A stretch of DNA of 62,897 nucleotides, filler included, from Rhabdomonas costata (Eukaryota): assembly GCA_019059605.1 (NCBI GenBank). It is 47 parts of 47 records of this genome, joined end to end, with 100 filler letters (N's around TTAATTAATTAA, not from the genome) between each part and the next. Parts side by side here need not be neighbours in the genome. Positions count along the whole stretch, not along the records: positions 37,537 to 38,776 come from JAHMHO010022297.1; positions 38,877 to 40,116 come from JAHMHO010022298.1; positions 40,217 to 41,452 come from JAHMHO010022299.1; positions 41,553 to 42,792 come from JAHMHO010022300.1; positions 42,893 to 44,132 come from JAHMHO010022301.1; positions 44,233 to 45,472 come from JAHMHO010022302.1; positions 45,573 to 46,813 come from JAHMHO010022303.1; positions 46,914 to 48,153 come from JAHMHO010022304.1; 39 more parts are not named here. One strand, given 5' to 3'. The position numbers were made by a program, and so were the translations under genes. Positions 38,260 through 51,298 of the stretch are shown here, one piece after another (within the stretch, counting starts at the first letter, position 1; every line of letters begins with the position of its first letter). The notes below the pieces were generated by a model. That model did not search any database. It was not told where the DNA came from and was given only the letters and a program-made list of their open reading frames with translations.

Positions 38260-38482
38260 CCCACTTATCCAATTGGAATTATATGGCGGTGTACCGGTCC
38301 CTCGACCATGTCCCCCTGATTTCCCTTCGCGACGCAGTGCAAAAGCTGGATGGGGTACAGTTCACCCACCCAGACAGAGGGGAGATGACGTTCGATTTCA
38401 GCGCAGCCTGGAGTACAGGCGAGAACTGCGTGGAGGAGTGCCTCCGCTGGGCGCAGGAGAAGGCCCCTGAAGACATCCGCCG
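38260..38482 (+). CDS. Internal exon, unknown protein
   Basis: CAG/GT-bounded, GC3-rich: HLSNWNYMAVYRSLDHVPLISLRDAVQKLDG...ECLRWAQEKAPEDIR. Confidence 0.5.
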
Positions 38483-39638
38483 GTGTTATGGGATTTTGCG
38501 GACGAAATGGGACAGCTTCAGTTTAGTGGTGGAGACCAACACCGCGGAAGCCAGCCCGCGTCGCGGGCGGAGCGGCCGGATGAGGCGGGGACGTGCCAAG
38601 GGGGAGGGGTCTCGCAAGAATCGGTGTTGGACGGTTAACATGGTAACCATGTTAACCGTTTAAAGCTGTGGAGCGTTTAACAGTGTTACACCAAATTTTT
38701 TTCATTTCAGTGGAGTTATTTTCCGAGCACGGGGGATAGGTAACGTGTGCCTGTACCCATTAGATGACACAACAAANNNNNNNNNNNNNNNNNNNNNNNN
38801 NNNNNNNNNNNNNNNNNNNNTTAATTAATTAANNNNNNNNNNNNNNNNNNNNNNNNNNNNNNNNNNNNNNNNNNNNGGTGGTGGTGTGGATATGTGTGTA
38901 GAAGTGGTTTAGTATATGGTGTTGGTGATAAAAGGGGCAGGGCGTCTTGAAAGGGCTCTGTTTGTCTGGTTTTGTGGTCGAAGCGTCGGTGTGGGATGGG
39001 ATGGGATGGGATGGGGGGCGTTGATGGCGCAGCTGCAACCCTGCATTCCATCAAATTCGTTCAGGGGTGACCAAACTCTTCGAAGGCATTGCCACAGGAA
39101 GAAGCGGGAAGGTCAGAATGCTTCAATGCAAAGCTGTGGCACATCGGTGGGCGGCACACACACAGCCTGGAAGGTAGCTCGACTGCCACTGTGGTTGATG
39201 GGAAAGAAAGGAGGGAAGGGGGGGGGGGTGGCAAAGATGGGTGTCAACTCTGGGGAGACGAGCAAAAGGTAAGTTGAATAGGTGATCACAATCAGTCGAG
39301 CGATCCAGTGTGGGGGAGGGGACCTCTGCAGAGGAATAGCGGGCGGAAAGCAAGCGCGGTGCGACAGGAAATGTACGTCACTCAGTTGCTTCGAATTCTC
39401 CGGGTCGACTCCGGAAATAACAGGAGAAAACAAACACTTCCCCATCCTTCACACATACAAAGCATGCTCACACACTCTGTGATGTTCTAAACGCATAAAA
39501 TCTCAAGCCGCACAACGCCGAACTGTGCGTCCAGGGCGATTGCGCAATCGCAGTCCTGACTAACCGTCCTATGCGTCCTATGCGTGGGCAAAGTTGTTGT
39601 TGTTGTTATTATTATTGCAACCACACTCGCTCACTCAC

Positions 39639-39839
39639 TCGGACCAGGCAGGTCCAAGGCGCCAGCACGCCCTGTAGCAACCACACGGTGAGGTACACCG
39701 CGGCGATGTAGCACAATACCCAGCCCACGCGGCTGGCGAGGCCCACCACGCAGTGCCAGGTCAGGGCCAGTCCATGGGAGATCAAGGAAGGCCTGGACCG
39801 CACGAAGTGGAACTCCTGCTGGCAGATTTCACATCGGAC
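39639..39839 (-). CDS. RING-CH (MARCH-type) membrane E3 ligase; end of RINGv plus hydrophobic helices
   Basis: Exon starts VRCEICQQEFHF and continues into transmembrane-like segments. Confidence 0.7.
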
Positions 39840-40216
39840 CTGCGGCCAACCCGCCCTAGTAAAAAAAGACGAGAAGGCGAAATGTGAGAGTACTTGGCAG
39901 GCAAGTTTTCAATCAGCAATTGTACTTTTATTGCTGGCCTTTAAAAATGGCCACTCTCACTTTGGGGTCTGGTGCCCTTCCTTTAAAACAAGCCTCGTGA
40001 CTGGATAGTTCTCTCCCCATAAAAATACCCATCATGACATCGCAACCTTTCAGGCTGTGAATGGTTAAACAGAACTAAAGTCTCTTTCCATGTCCTAATT
40101 GATGGATCGATGGGGGNNNNNNNNNNNNNNNNNNNNNNNNNNNNNNNNNNNNNNNNNNNNTTAATTAATTAANNNNNNNNNNNNNNNNNNNNNNNNNNNN
40201 NNNNNNNNNNNNNNNN

Positions 40217-41070
40217 GGGTGTGGGGGGTCACCGCACGGGGGGTGTGGCTGTGGTAGGCCTCGCACAGCCGCCGCGTGGTGGGCCCCTCCCGGTCCCACA
40301 CATGCAGCGAAGCCAGCGCCGCTGCGGGCCCGGAGCCCGAGCCCCCAACCGCAGGGGAGAGCGAGCCCAGGGTGGGGTTGCCCCGCAAGTCCAGCATCTG
40401 CAGCGGAAGCTGGATCAAGCCAATCGGAAGCTTTGTCAGGAGATTGTTCCTGCGAGAGAAGGGCAGTGCAGGGCATCCACGGTTGTCCCACCAGCCTTTC
40501 TACCATCACTGCTAAGCCAGCTGTGTCAACACAAACAGAACGATTCAAACCAGACAGGTTGCTCTAAATCGTATGCGCAAAGACATGACGACACCCAACG
40601 AGGGCGAACAGAAAGGTATTATTGAGAATATACGATGCGAGTGTGCACGCAGACCTGAGGTTGAGCAAGGTCAGGTTGGACAGGGAAGAGATGTCCTCTG
40701 GAAGCTCTGGGAGGCCGACTTCCTACAAGAAAGGAAGCCCAGTGCCGGTATCGGATTGTCCAAGTGTCCGAGTCAACGGAAGTCAGGTGTCCTGGTGTCC
40801 GAATGTCCAGGTCAGGGGTGCCTCAAATGCTGGAGTGGAAGTGTTTGCCTTTGAAGTCCTAGTTTTGGCCCCTGTATGCCGCACGCCACAAGTCCATTAT
40901 GCACGATCGGAAGACCTGTAACCCACCTGCACACCTCCAGCGATAAGGTGCGGAGCTGTGTGCACCGCTGGAAGAGCTTGTCAGGGACACTGGCCACGCG
41001 CGGGTTGCCGCTGAGGTCCAGGGCTGTCAGGCCGGTGAGGAAGGGGATCCCCAGAGGGAAGCTCTCCAAG
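40217..41070 (-). CDS. Leucine-rich-repeat protein; three exons
   Basis: Exons ~41070-40935, 40722-40655, 40449 onward: LTGLTALDLSGNP...LRTLSLE|EVGLPELPEDISSLSNLTLLNLR|NNLLTKLP...LQMLDLRGNP. Confidence 0.9.
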
Positions 41071-41202
41071 CTAAGTCCCAAACACACACTTTATACCACA
41101 CAACCACCAGAAAACAGAGAAACACAGAATGAACATCTACAATGCTATGCCTGCGGAATTGAGATCCGAGCACATCACACGTTTTCGTGCACTGTTTTTC
41201 AG

Positions 41203-41430
41203 GCCTGAAGGGAGCCTTCAACACCTTTTACCTCTACCGCTCCGGAGCCCCTCAATTTATCACGGAGAGGATTCTGCTGCGGAACAAGTACAACTTTCCG
41301 TGCCGAGTGGTGGTGCATCAGCGGGACCCCAAGGCCCTGGCGTGGATGTTGGCGGCGCAGGGGAAGCAGGTGGCGTACATCCACTCCTCGGACCCTGTGG
41401 CGGCGATCCAGGGGTGCGAAGAGTGGATGT
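41203..41430 (+). CDS. Internal exon, unknown protein
   Basis: TTTTTCAG acceptor, GC3-rich frame LKGAFNTFYLYRSGAPQFITERILLRNKYNFPCRVVVHQRDPKALAWMLAAQG. Confidence 0.6.
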
Positions 41431-41552
41431 ACGCCACCACCCCCCAAACAAANNNNNNNNNNNNNNNNNNNNNNNNNNNNNNNNNNNNNNNNNNNNTTAA
41501 TTAATTAANNNNNNNNNNNNNNNNNNNNNNNNNNNNNNNNNNNNNNNNNNNN

Positions 41553-42335
41553 TGTGTGGGGGAGCGGCTGGTGTACCTTGCGCTGTGCGCGGGCTCGGTG
41601 TTTAGCGTTGCCGTCATCCTGCGGGACTTCGCGGAAAAGGTCGTCGGGGGGCGGAGGCCCACCTCGAAGTACGAGCTGGCCGTGCTTCTTGTGAAGTCCG
41701 TAGGTCAAATTCACCCCGATCCACCCCTTCATGCCTTTGTGTCGCAAAAAAGTAGAGAATTCGCAATGCTCGTCTCCTTTTGCTCACTGTCCCCCGTGCT
41801 AACTGATAATCCAAGGGAATTCCAACGGTTAGGTCCCGAGTATTTTGTGTATGATCGCTGCAAGCATTTTCGAGGCAACACCACTCCTACTCATTGTGGG
41901 TGTAGGGGGAATTACTAAACAGAATAAACCAACTTGTTTGTTGCCTGAGCTTTTTGAATTGTCCTTGCGAACTGCACAAGTTACGAGTTGTATGTCGCCT
42001 GTTTCTACCCTGCTATGCAGCAGCAGCGATTTGCACGCCACTGTTATTCGGCTGATTTTCGGTTTCAGTCGATATCTGATTTTCTGAACTACTTTGCAGA
42101 GTTCGCGATGGTTGTGCTGTACCTGCTGTACTGGGTGGCCAGGATCACCCGGCTGGTGTGGCGGCGGAAGTACCGCCACCCCTTGGCAGTGTGGGTGGGG
42201 CAGTTTAGCTGCGTGTTCCCAACCTTTGGGAATTGCAACGCCCTGTGGCTGGTGCGGCTGTGGGACGTGGAGTTCCTCCTGAAGTACGTGAACTATGGCG
42301 CGTACATTGACAACGCGACGCAGGACTGGTATAGG
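41553..42335 (+). CDS. Unknown membrane protein, probably three exons
   Basis: GC3-rich hydrophobic segments at 41553-41695, 41864-41898 and 42100-~42335 can be joined by GT-AG introns. Confidence 0.5.
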
Positions 42336-44241
42336 CGTTGGTGTTGCCCTCGGTCTCTTTTCAGCTCAGCGTTTTTTTATAGGTTTTTGTTCGGGAAGCG
42401 TGTATGTCAAACTCGTCTTGCGTATGCTTTGCTGTATGGTCTTTTTCGAAGTGCCACTTACCACTTCAGGAAAACTCGAGACAGCGGTCGTGCTGCCACA
42501 CCACGCTCAACCAATTATTGTTGTTGTCCCAGCATTTTGCAGCACATGCACCATGTTCCCGCAGTTCTTCCAACAATCGGAGAGTTTTGGTTCTGCTCCA
42601 CCGTTGGTTTGGTTGAGACCGTGTTGAATTGTTTTGGCATCCAGCAGCCAGGCGTCAGTTAAAATTGAGCAATGATGTTTTTGAATCTATTTGAAGGGTG
42701 AGTTGTAGGAATTGTGTGGTTTTCATTTTGTCGCTGAGGGTGAGTGGGCTGCATCTCTTGCTATTTACTGATCTTATCTTCAACCCACAACCNNNNNNNN
42801 NNNNNNNNNNNNNNNNNNNNNNNNNNNNNNNNNNNNTTAATTAATTAANNNNNNNNNNNNNNNNNNNNNNNNNNNNNNNNNNNNNNNNNNNNGGTTGGTG
42901 TGGAACCATTACAGTTCGACGAGTACGATGAAGCTCCGTTTCAGTGGTGACAAGATTATCATCAGTCATTACCTACAGTCGGCTGAGCCTCTGTGGCTGC
43001 CCGAGCTGCCCGAGGTCTCTGCTACCCACTGGTGGATAACCGCAACCATCGGACTTAGTCGAACTGTAATGGTTCCGCAGCATCCCTGTTGTTCCGTAAA
43101 ACTGTCCTCGTCCTTCTTTTTCCGCACAAGAGCAAGGAGGAATTGCGGACCTGCCTGGCCGGAGCTGCGCTTGCCGGACTGGCGCCAATGGTGGTGGTGT
43201 TTATGGGTATATGGTGGGCTGCGCTGCTGTGGCTTCGCGTTACTCTAGAACAATACTGGGGCAATGGGGCCGTGTCGTTTTTTTCTGTGCACTTTTCCGC
43301 GTTTTCGGCGCGTATTCCTGTCAACAATATCAGCAGTGGTTCGACAGTGTTTCTATACAGTGTTTGTACTTTCAGTCCTGATGCTTGCTTTGGTGGTCGT
43401 TGATGGCGATCATTGCATCACTGCCGCGATACGGGCAGCGCTTTTGCGGCATCACTTGTGATGCGAAAGAATCAGATCCCCTGCCGATAAATTTCACCAA
43501 AAGCCTTCTTTTGTGCCTTCCACCTTACCCTCCCGTCGTGTGAAGCACCCCCCCCCCAATCCGGCACCTTTGTGTGGCACTTGGCACGTCTTGCCCGAAC
43601 TCTGCCCCAAGAAGATGAAGATGGTTTTTTTGAGGAAGAAATGCATGTTTTATCACTTAATTCAATTTTTCAGGAGATGCCCTTTTGGGCGGTGACGCTC
43701 CCAAGTGTAACGCCTGGGTTGAACTGCTCTCCTGCGTCTGCATTGCGTGTTCGTGGGGCCCCTAAGTCTTTGCTGGTCGCATGTTCCTTCGTCGCATGCT
43801 CCCTATGAGTGATGGTTCGTGGCATTCCCCGACTGACGTCGGTACATGCCCCTCAACCCATGATAGGGCTTTCCTGCGATCTTTTTTTTTTCGTGATTAA
43901 GGCTTGCGGGGTGTGCCGTCCCGTTTGTGCTATTCGCACCCTGTTTGTGTTTTTTCCTGCCAACGTCACAGAGATGCGAAAGAAGGCAGAGGACCAGATT
44001 GCGGGTTGCAGCTGTCTGATCAATAGATAGTCGACTCTTAGGCCGACAGGCGCTTGACTTGCCCCCATCCCCTCTTTCAGCCCATTCACGGGCACTGTGC
44101 GATCCGGTGGCACGCGTGACTACCAACCAACANNNNNNNNNNNNNNNNNNNNNNNNNNNNNNNNNNNNNNNNNNNNTTAATTAATTAANNNNNNNNNNNN
44201 NNNNNNNNNNNNNNNNNNNNNNNNNNNNNNNNGGGTTGTTG

Positions 44242-44301
44242 TTAGTCGGTAGTCGGTTCGTTAGTCGGTAGTTGATAGTCTGTAGTCGGTAGTCGGTAGT
44301 C
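44242..44301. repeat. Imperfect (TAGTCGG)n tandem repeat
   Basis: Direct reading. Confidence 0.75.
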
Positions 44302-45676
44302 ATGGTCTTCGTATTTTTGGGTGTTGTCTTTATGAGTTGTTATGGTGGTTCTGTCTCTAGGTTGCTAGATATGCTTTTAGGCACTTGTGCGGTTCAGGTA
44401 TCAGTGGTGGCCTTCTGTATTTTGGTTGCTGGATCCTTGGTAGCGGTATCATGTTGTTGTGGTTTTCTGGCGTCAGGGTTCTTGGTTGAGGAGTTTAGTC
44501 TTTGGGGTTAAATGCTTGATGTTGGGTGGAAGTAGCGTATCTGTGTTGATGTATTGGTTTGCGCTGGGAATTTTTGTGGGTGTTATAGTTGACATACGTT
44601 GCATATTGGGTTCTGGTGTCAGAATTGGTTGGTTGTGTCTCCGTGTTGCATCTATGAGTGTGGTTAGAGTTGGATGCTTGTTCTCTAGGCGTGACTTTTG
44701 CTTACCCACAGTTTTACCTTCTAGCTGCACGAGGTTTCTGTCTCCGGTTTCTGTCTCTGCAGATGGTATTTCTGGTGTCGTGTTCTGCCTTCTGTGCTTG
44801 GAGTGGTGTTGTACGTTGCTTGATAGTTGGGCTTCTGTGGTAAATATGGGGTTCTGGGTTGATTTTGAGAGCGTGTGCGTGTGCGTATTGTGATAAGTTT
44901 GCTTGGTGCTGATCTTTGGTGTGTTATGTCTCTTGGCTAAGTTCTGCTCTTGGTCTCCATCGCTACGATGGTTCACTTTTCTGTATCGGTTCGTGCTTCG
45001 TTGGTGTTGGCGTGGGTGAGTAGGTATTCATTGGGTTTAGGTTTGGGTTCTTCTGTTTCTTTTTTGTTCTGGGACGGCGCGCAAGCGTAGGTGTAAGGCC
45101 ATTTCAGCACATACTCAGATGTCACAAACTCCACTACCACAATCCCAATCACAGTATGATGGTAGAGGTAATGACGGTGGTGAGTATTGCTGTAGAGGCT
45201 GAAGCATAAACTGATACTGCTACACCATTTGACCACCTGACATTCAACTTAAGCGTCTGATGTGCTGCTGATGTCATGACGTGAGGGATGATGTCACTTC
45301 TATGTGTAATCATACATCGTGCGTACCTCCAACACAAGAGTGCATGTGAATAAAAGATGTTATGGTCACATGCTCCGCCATGCTACGCCTGAACTATGCA
45401 TGCTCCTGAATGTATGAACCACCATACTGCCCGATAGAAATCTACAAATAAAACAGTACAAATTGTTGAAAANNNNNNNNNNNNNNNNNNNNNNNNNNNN
45501 NNNNNNNNNNNNNNNNTTAATTAATTAANNNNNNNNNNNNNNNNNNNNNNNNNNNNNNNNNNNNNNNNNNNNTTGTTGTGGAACCGTGGATGTCAACGGC
45601 AAGCACACAAAGAGGTCCTACCAAATGAACATATTGGCGTTTCTGCCGCACTCTCGGGATTTCAGCGGCGCTTGGG

Positions 45677-45711
<35 letters not shown>

Positions 45712-47131
45712 CCGCTCTCTCTCCCGCTCTCTCTCCCTCTCCCTCGGTGCTGCATCACGCTGCGCCGGGCGCGATCGTCGTTAGGCTTTAGTATTGATGT
45801 TGGCACGAAATTTCCGGATAAATGAACAAAACCCAATAAACTAAAACACAAGAAAACCGGAAAACCGGGCAACACGTTGCGGATGCAACAGAGGGACAAG
45901 GCACGCACAAAGCATGAGAAAACCAAGTATTGCAACCATCACGTGTTTTTTATCCCGAATTTGCCGAAAACGGTCGGCCTTTTCGGTGCGTAAGATTGAT
46001 GCCGGAGTCAACCGGTTGCCGGCGTTGGTAAGGGATTCTCGCTTGGTTTGGCTTCTTCGGAATTTCACAGCTCAGTTTCGAAGGGGTTAAGCTGACGCAC
46101 CAGTTTTGAAAAAGACAGCGCAAGAAAGCAATCACAGCACGAAGGATGCGCGAGAGAGTTGGTGACTGCCCATGGAAACCAAAGCGGCGGCAATGGTCAG
46201 AACACAGAACGGAAGAGAATGAGCAAGAGAGAAAGAGAGGAGAGAAAGAGCAGGAGGGAAAGCACCGGAAATCAGCCCGCAAAATAAACGAAGCGGGGGG
46301 ACGGGGGTGCCAGTGCCCCAGTGTGGGCACTGGAGGACCCAAAGCACCGCTCCTCTCCTCTCGCTGCCTTTGGCCATGCCATTGGTTGCGGGATGACAGC
46401 ACAGACTTGAGATGCAGAAAAAGACGCGGCAATGTCATTCGCCAAAGGTCAAGGCCCCCCTAATCAGGGAAAGAAGGGGCACAAAAACGGGGTGTGTGTG
46501 AGTGGTACGTTGCGTCGCGGTCACCACCAACAGTATTTGCTTCGGGCAAAACCATCTCTCAATGGGTGCTCCAAGGGCAGCCGCGACGAATGGGAAAGCC
46601 AGCAAGGTGCGAAAAAAGTAAAATTACGCGCAGGGCTTCAAAGACGGCATACACACGACTTACCCCCTCACTGCCCAACCGCCCAGTTGGGGACGGGAAC
46701 CTCAAAAAAGCCCTGACTTCGCTCAAAGGGCTCCCTCTCCTTTTGCGCTTACACAGTCAGCCGTGGGGGCTCTCTCTGCAGACGCCAAGGGCTTCGCCTG
46801 CCCCCTCCCCCCCNNNNNNNNNNNNNNNNNNNNNNNNNNNNNNNNNNNNNNNNNNNNTTAATTAATTAANNNNNNNNNNNNNNNNNNNNNNNNNNNNNNN
46901 NNNNNNNNNNNNNAGGCTGGCAGGGCCGTGCTAAGGTGGGGGTGGGATTGGGGCACGCCAGGAGAGGGTCGGTGGGAGGTGAAGAGAGGTTGGTGAAAGT
47001 GCAGACCGTTAGGCACAGAGTGGTGCAAACAGCACAAGAGAAGCCAGATCGGAAAGATATGAGGACGCGTGAAGGTACTCGTCTGGGTGGAAATGGTGGC
47101 CGGGAGGTGATGCAAATCATTATGCACGTAC

Positions 47132-48095
47132 CTGGCGCTGAGCAGCACTCGTCGATCCCACAGGTAAGGTTCCGGCACACCGTGCTGGCGTTGACCGGGG
47201 TAAGCCCACCGGGGGGGACAAAGCTGCTCTCACCGCAGGAGGGGTACCCCACAAAAGCTAGCAAACGTGTGCAAGTGTGCGCGTTACGGGGGGACTAAAA
47301 ATTTAAATCTGTATGTCGGTTGCCGCCTAAAGCACAGCGTTTTGGTTTTCGGCATAAGTTACGTGGTCCAGAAAAGACTTGGTGGTTCCAAAGCCTCATG
47401 AAGCAACTACTTTGCTGTACGTTGCTGCAGGCAAATAAGAAGAAAGCGGGACGCATAAACACACAAACCGAAGAAGGGACAAAGGACCCGTTTCCCCCCC
47501 AGAACTGCCTTCCGCCTTCCCCCCAAACTCGGGTTCCCGATGGGTAACTTTCGAAAAGCCCCAAGAAATCGAATACTCTTTCCTTGGAAGAGCGTCAGGT
47601 GAGTCAAGGAGGTGTATCAACCGCGAGCTAGGACAATACTCTCAGCATCTCTTCAGAATCTTATCATCGCTTCAAACTGGGGAGGGGAGCGAATGCCTAC
47701 GGTGGAGATAGGCCCTTAGGGGCTCACACAGAAAAGAAGGTTTCGGGTGTTTCGTGCTGGAAGCAAGCCGCAAGCCGCCATAAAAGCCGCTAATCAGTTC
47801 ACAGCTAATTCGGTGGTCAACAGCGATGTCCACGGTGACCCACAGAAGAAAGAGAAAAGAAGGAAGGGTGGCTACGTGCAGTCAGACCTGAGTATACGAC
47901 AGCCCCAGCGTAGGATGATCCCGTGATGCCTGCGGTCAAAAACAACCGATTCCCCAACACTGTTCCGGAGAACTTTGTCAGGGGCAAAGGCAGCTCAGGA
48001 GTTTGCTTCGCCCAAGCTTTCCCATCCAGGGAAGTCCACACGTCTCCCGTTGAGTTCTGCCACCCACCACCCACCCAGTAGACAGTTGACCGAAG
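47132..48095 (-). CDS. Kelch-repeat protein followed by a Cys-rich module; two exons
   Basis: Exon ending at 47888: VYWVGGG...GDVWTSLDGKAW...TVLGNRLFLTAG; exon 47257-47132: PSCGESSF...VCRNLTCGIDECC. Confidence 0.75.
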
Positions 48096-49685
48096 AACCC
48101 GACCACCACAGCAATCCCAACCAGGTGTCAAGATGCAAGATGCCACCACCCCANNNNNNNNNNNNNNNNNNNNNNNNNNNNNNNNNNNNNNNNNNNNTTA
48201 ATTAATTAANNNNNNNNNNNNNNNNNNNNNNNNNNNNNNNNNNNNNNNNNNNNGGTGGTGGGGACTGTCCTAGTCGCTGAATTGCTTGCTGTACACAACT
48301 GCAGCGTAGAAGGAATGAGGTGGGAGGAGGGGAAGGGAACTGCTTCAGAAACCTCTGAGAAGAAGAGAATACTGCACTGCAGGCAAAACACTGGAACCAG
48401 TGAAACCAGTGTGCATTGCCGTTTGCAGACAAGGCTATGCCACTGACGTCTTGCCCCTGTCATGGCGACACCCTGAGATTGAGACAGCTAAAGCGAAATA
48501 ATTCGCAGTAATGCGTTGTATGCGTTCACCTGCCTCCTGGACAATCTGCACACCCATTTCTGAAGCCGAAGGGTGCCGAAGCATTCGTTCCCAGTTCGAC
48601 ACCAGGAAATACCTGCCAGTCGCAGGCGATGATGTGTCTAGCCCCTCCCGTGCTCACGCCCTCTGCTGGACGCAGTCCAACTCTCGTGCAGAATTCTTCA
48701 GGGAGGTTCCACCGTCATGATAAAGATGGAGCAACCGCTGCACCCGACGAACCACGGTCACGTCAATTGTTAACGGTTAATTTCCTACTTGGAAAGATAC
48801 ACTCTGCGAGGTGGGTGAGGCTTATCTCCTTTTCTCTTCCCCAGCTGACCTTCACCCCCACAATGTTCTTGGCTGGGAACGGCGCGGCCGTGTGTGTTTG
48901 TGTGTGGTGGGTCATCAATGCTGGCATCCCATCACAAGATTCCTATTTGCGATTTTTAAGCTTCTGCTGGAACTTTGCAGACCTGCAAACATGAACTTGA
49001 GGTGACACAGCCGCGAATTTCTCGGTTTGTATCTGCTCCAGAGGCTCGGGGGCAATTTTGAGGATCTTTCGGAGGCCTTTGGGTCTTGCTTCTGCTGGCA
49101 AAAACAGAAATGTCAGCACTACGGATTTGCGTTTCCACTTTTTTTTGAAGTCCGCCATTTGCAGCGAGTGTCTCTCCTGTGACCTTTTTATCTGAACTAT
49201 TGCGGTTTGGCACCCCGTAAGTGCGGGCTTGTCCTTCAACGGGAACCAGCGGGAATGAAGCCAAAGGCCGGGTTCCGCCCGCTCTCTCAAGTCAAGAGTA
49301 CTAACATCCCACTAAATATGGACCCCAATCATCCAATCCAACTCAAACCATGATACCCACGTTAGGTCCTCCTAGTACGGAGGGCCAATGGGATTACTGA
49401 ATAACGTCATCCACTGACATAAGGAAAGCAGTTGCGAGTCGATATGCCGTCGCATACAAAATGGCAAGAACGTGTGCCCAAGCCCCCACCACCNNNNNNN
49501 NNNNNNNNNNNNNNNNNNNNNNNNNNNNNNNNNNNNNTTAATTAATTAANNNNNNNNNNNNNNNNNNNNNNNNNNNNNNNNNNNNNNNNNNNNTGTGGTG
49601 GGGCGCCCTATGGTATGCAGTGGTTCTCTTATAGCGATTTTCGACCAAAGGGTGCAAGGGTTCGTGTTGTTCCGTGTCGTTTCAG

Positions 49686-50498
49686 GCGGATGGGGCGGAT
49701 CCAGAGAGGCCGGACTATTTCGTGGTGAAGAAGATCCACATCGCCGGTCTGAGCGAAAAGGTTAACCGGCCACTGCAGCCGACCCACTGACCCATTTACA
49801 CCCAATGCGTCTCAATTCGCCCGACGAAAATTTAGCAGGCTACACCGCAAACAGAGTTTTTAGCCAGGACACAACACAGGGAAAAATATCTTCTGTTCGA
49901 AATGTCACGGATTAAATTCTCAGTTTTGGGGTGTTACTAGCCTTACCATTTGCCCGGTCTTTGGTCATTGGTTTTGCTTCAGTTTTGTGGGAACGGCTTC
50001 TCCGCCGAATATCTTTTCCCAATGAAACGGAAAGACCAGGGTGTGCCTGAATACCCAAGTTTGAAACAAAGAATCTTCAGCCTGTCGTTTGTTACCCTTC
50101 GCACCCTCGTGGGAATATGAAGTGGCAATCGTGGACGGGTGCCTCTTCCCCGCTACACCTTTTGCTTCTAGGAGTGCAAGGATGCTGCCAATGAGGTTGC
50201 AATCCTGAAGCTGTTGGACCACCCCAACATCATCAGTGTGTTTTCGTGATTTGTTGCCGTGTGTGTTTTTGTGCCCCAGCATGTGTGAATGCGTGTACGT
50301 GTTTCAAGTTTCGCAATTGCATGACACTCCAGGCAACTTATGTCCTTAACCAGGCACCAGCCCGTATGTTTCACAGGGGAAGTCCTGGTTGGGGTGGGGC
50401 CAGAGTTGCCTTTACCTTTACGCTTAAGCGGGGTCATTACCGTGAAATAAAATCGGCGCCTGACGGTATCCTTTCCAGGGTTTACCCTTTACACCTAG

Positions 50499-50535
<37 letters not shown>

Positions 50536-50808
50536 GTGTGTGTCCGTTTGTTTACGATTCGTCTGAACTGAAACGTGTGAACTGAAACTTGCGGACGTGC
50601 GTCCCATCATTCTCCGACAGAGTTCGTGCAGCGAAGGTCATGGAGAGTACATCAGGAACTGTTGTCTCCGACGGGCATCCTTTTCAATGGTTGTCGGTTG
50701 CTTCTTATACAGCGCAACAACACCCTGCGTACCCTTTCTTTTGACGTTGTGACATCCTCTCAGAGTATGTGGACCGGTTCATCACCAACGATGGCTTCCT
50801 GAACATTG
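49686..50808 (+). CDS. NEK (NIMA-related) protein kinase, N-lobe; three exons
   Basis: Exons 49686-49760, 50172-50235, 50764-50808: YFVVKKIHIAGLSEK|ECKDAANEVAILKLLDHPNIIK|YVDRFITNDGFLNI. Confidence 0.88.
50331..50500 (+). repeat. Interspersed SINE-like repeat family A, copy 3 (in NEK intron), followed by (TG)n
   Basis: Shares AGGCAACTT, CAGGGGAA..CCTGGTTGGGGTGGGGCCAG and TTACCCTTTACACC with the reverse complement of 366-545. Confidence 0.75.
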
Positions 50809-51298
50809 GTGCCCGCCTTCGGCCTTCTCCTCCCCCACACANNNNNNNNNNNNNNNNNNNNNNNNNNNNNNNNNNNNNNNNNNNNTTAATTAATTAANNN
50901 NNNNNNNNNNNNNNNNNNNNNNNNNNNNNNNNNNNNNNNNNGGTGGTGGGTGCATTTTTTCCGATGGCATAAGTATGCATAGCCTTTCCTCTAAATCGTT
51001 GTGGAAAGAAGTGTGAGCTCTGGCTGGATTTGTTTTTTCGTCGGCTGCGCAAACGCGCAGATGAAGAAATTCTATGGGCATCCGCGCCAAAATCAAAAGC
51101 TGCCTCGCAGCCTGAAGGCAGGAAGTACTCCGCACTCAGCATCTGAAGTTCCCGCCATCGACAGTGAATACGCGAGAAGAGGGGAGTATGTCTCTGGGTA
51201 CATTTTCTTTGCGGTAGTTTCTTTAGTTTCTTTAGTTTCTGTGCTTTGCGGCCGTCTGCGCTTGTGGGTGTGTGTGGGTGTGGGGGGGCGGTGCGCAG

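Noticed and set aside
39921-39933. TGTACTTTTATTG resembling the 3' end of a kinetoplastid/diplonemid spliced leader
   Set aside because: Imperfect, no upstream leader similarity and no GT donor after it.
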